Source: Macrostomum lignano (Eukaryota). From it: DNA of 64,000 nt. The notes beneath the pieces were generated by a model. It did no database searches and was not told the DNA's origin. It saw nothing but the letters and a program-made list of their open reading frames with translations. Both the position numbers and the translations under genes were made by a program. The DNA lies in assembly GCA_002269645.1 (NCBI GenBank), contig NIVC01000583.1, positions 310,001 to 374,000 of the forward strand. The letters are read 5' to 3'. The first letter of the stretch is position 1, and each line of letters opens with the position of its first letter. This document shows positions 62,546 through 64,000 of this stretch, one piece after another.

Positions 62546-63354
62546 TAACTAATACAGTCTGTACAAACGCAAAGCTGATATTTATTACAATCAATTTCTC
62601 ACTAATTTTTTTCAACTATTTTATAAGCTAATTAATGTATTCGGCTGCAACGCGGATTGACAGATTCTCGCAGTGTTAAATCATTTCATTTATATGTTTT
62701 TGTCATTAGGTATTCACATTCGATTGATGGTTTTTGTTATTACACAATAATGGTAATTACTTAATTATTCAATTTTTGGGTGAACTCGTACGCTTAAATA
62801 TAAATTATTATTACCTGAATGTTATTTTCCACTTTCCAATTGCACACACGTTTTAAAGGATAATCCAAATTCAAACTTAATGTGTCTTTCTTTTCTATTC
62901 TTGTCTTAATAGTCTATGTTTATTACTACTGCAGAACTACTATGAGTATTAGTAAAGGAATTTTTAAGTGTTGGGAATTTCAATTATTTAACGGTCTGTC
63001 CTCTATTTAGTTGAACCAGAATCAAATCAATATTATTTGCTAAACATTAGGTAAAAATTTCAATGACTTAGATTGGCTGTCAAGAAATGCGACTGTGGTC
63101 TGCTTTTCTTGACAATTTTTTTATTACAATAAATGTTTTGACAGAGCTGTGTAACTTTTGTCATTCTCCGCGACACTTTAAAAATTGATGAAAAACAGAT
63201 ATTTTCGCGTTTAGAAAAGTCTCCGACTGTCTTCTTCTAGCCTCGTATATTTTAATTGGTATTCGCAGGACGGCTGGGGGCACCCTGGTGGCAGCGCCTT
63301 CGGCGACATCGGTCCCACAGTCAGCGCAGAAGGCAATTCTAGGAAGGAAGACAT

Positions 63355-63425
63355 TTTACAATCCCGGGATCCTGGACAAAAAATTGACCCAATCCCGGGA
63401 TCCCGGGCCAATCCCGGGATTGAAC
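63355..63425. mobile_element. Fragment of a MITE end with ATCCCGGGAT subterminal motifs
   Basis: Four CCCGGGAT-type motifs in 70 bp. No partner end or TSD found. Confidence 0.4.
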
Positions 63426-64000
63426 AAACAAATTTACGGGAAGCTTTCCCATTGTCCACAAAACAATTTCTCAACCAATTTGAGCATCATTTGGGTTTCT
63501 ACTTTCTATTTCTAGCTTATACGAGTAGAACTGCATTGATAAAATAGTTGAAGTTACATGTAGTTGTTAGTTGTACATACATACTAAACTACACCCTCTC
63601 CCCTCGGATTAGGACCGTATACGCTGCGCTGGTGCCTCTCTCTGCCCCCAACACAGACCACCTCACACGCACACACACACACACACAGAGACTCAGACTC
63701 AGAACCCAGTCCGCACCCCACCCCCCATTTTTCCCTTTCCCTTCCTTAGCTGCGCCTGCGCACTGCGGCGGGGCCCGGGCCAGTGGGCCCAGTGTCCAGG
63801 CCATCGCCACTTAGACAGCTAGAGTCTAGACTAGAGTCAGACCCCTTAGTCTAGTGACTAGTAAGCCTAGCTAGTGCTTGATACAGTTGATTGATAGTCC
63901 TACTGTCCTTCATTCCCTTCCTTATGAAGCACTAAGAATCGTACACTAAGCACTAAGCACTTAAGCACTAAGAAGCACCCCTATAGAATCGTACATGTCA

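Overview
Eukaryotic (animal) genomic DNA, not prokaryotic. GC-rich, Gln/Ala/Ser-rich exons, GT-AG introns stuffed with minisatellites and AT-rich spacers resemble the flatworm Macrostomum lignano (inference from sequence style only). 1-14 kb is a stack of transposons. A 7.6-kb Mutator/Foldback-like element (1635-9213, 9-bp TSD) contains a dead LOA/R1-type LINE, whose 5' UTR folds into a complete HDV-like self-cleaving ribozyme (about 5247-5393, minus). It also contains a CATAG-ended element (8-bp TSD) that itself carries a hAT MITE. An intact, probably autonomous hAT transposon (9986-13795) follows. Host genes: a four-exon Q/P-rich disordered protein (20210-25848, +), a NUDT2-like Nudix protein lacking its catalytic glutamates (31091-32073, -), an SCP/calexcitin EF-hand protein (37688-38296, -), TAF5 (42273 to >46880, -) and an ARHGAP12/15/27-type PH-RhoGAP (54214-60214, +). 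Also present: a 5'-truncated LINE (RNase H plus zinc knuckle) inside a (GACCA)n tract, a CORE-type SINE, several MITEs and many micro/minisatellites. No rRNA, intact tRNA or CRISPR array was found. All coordinates and alignments were read by eye.
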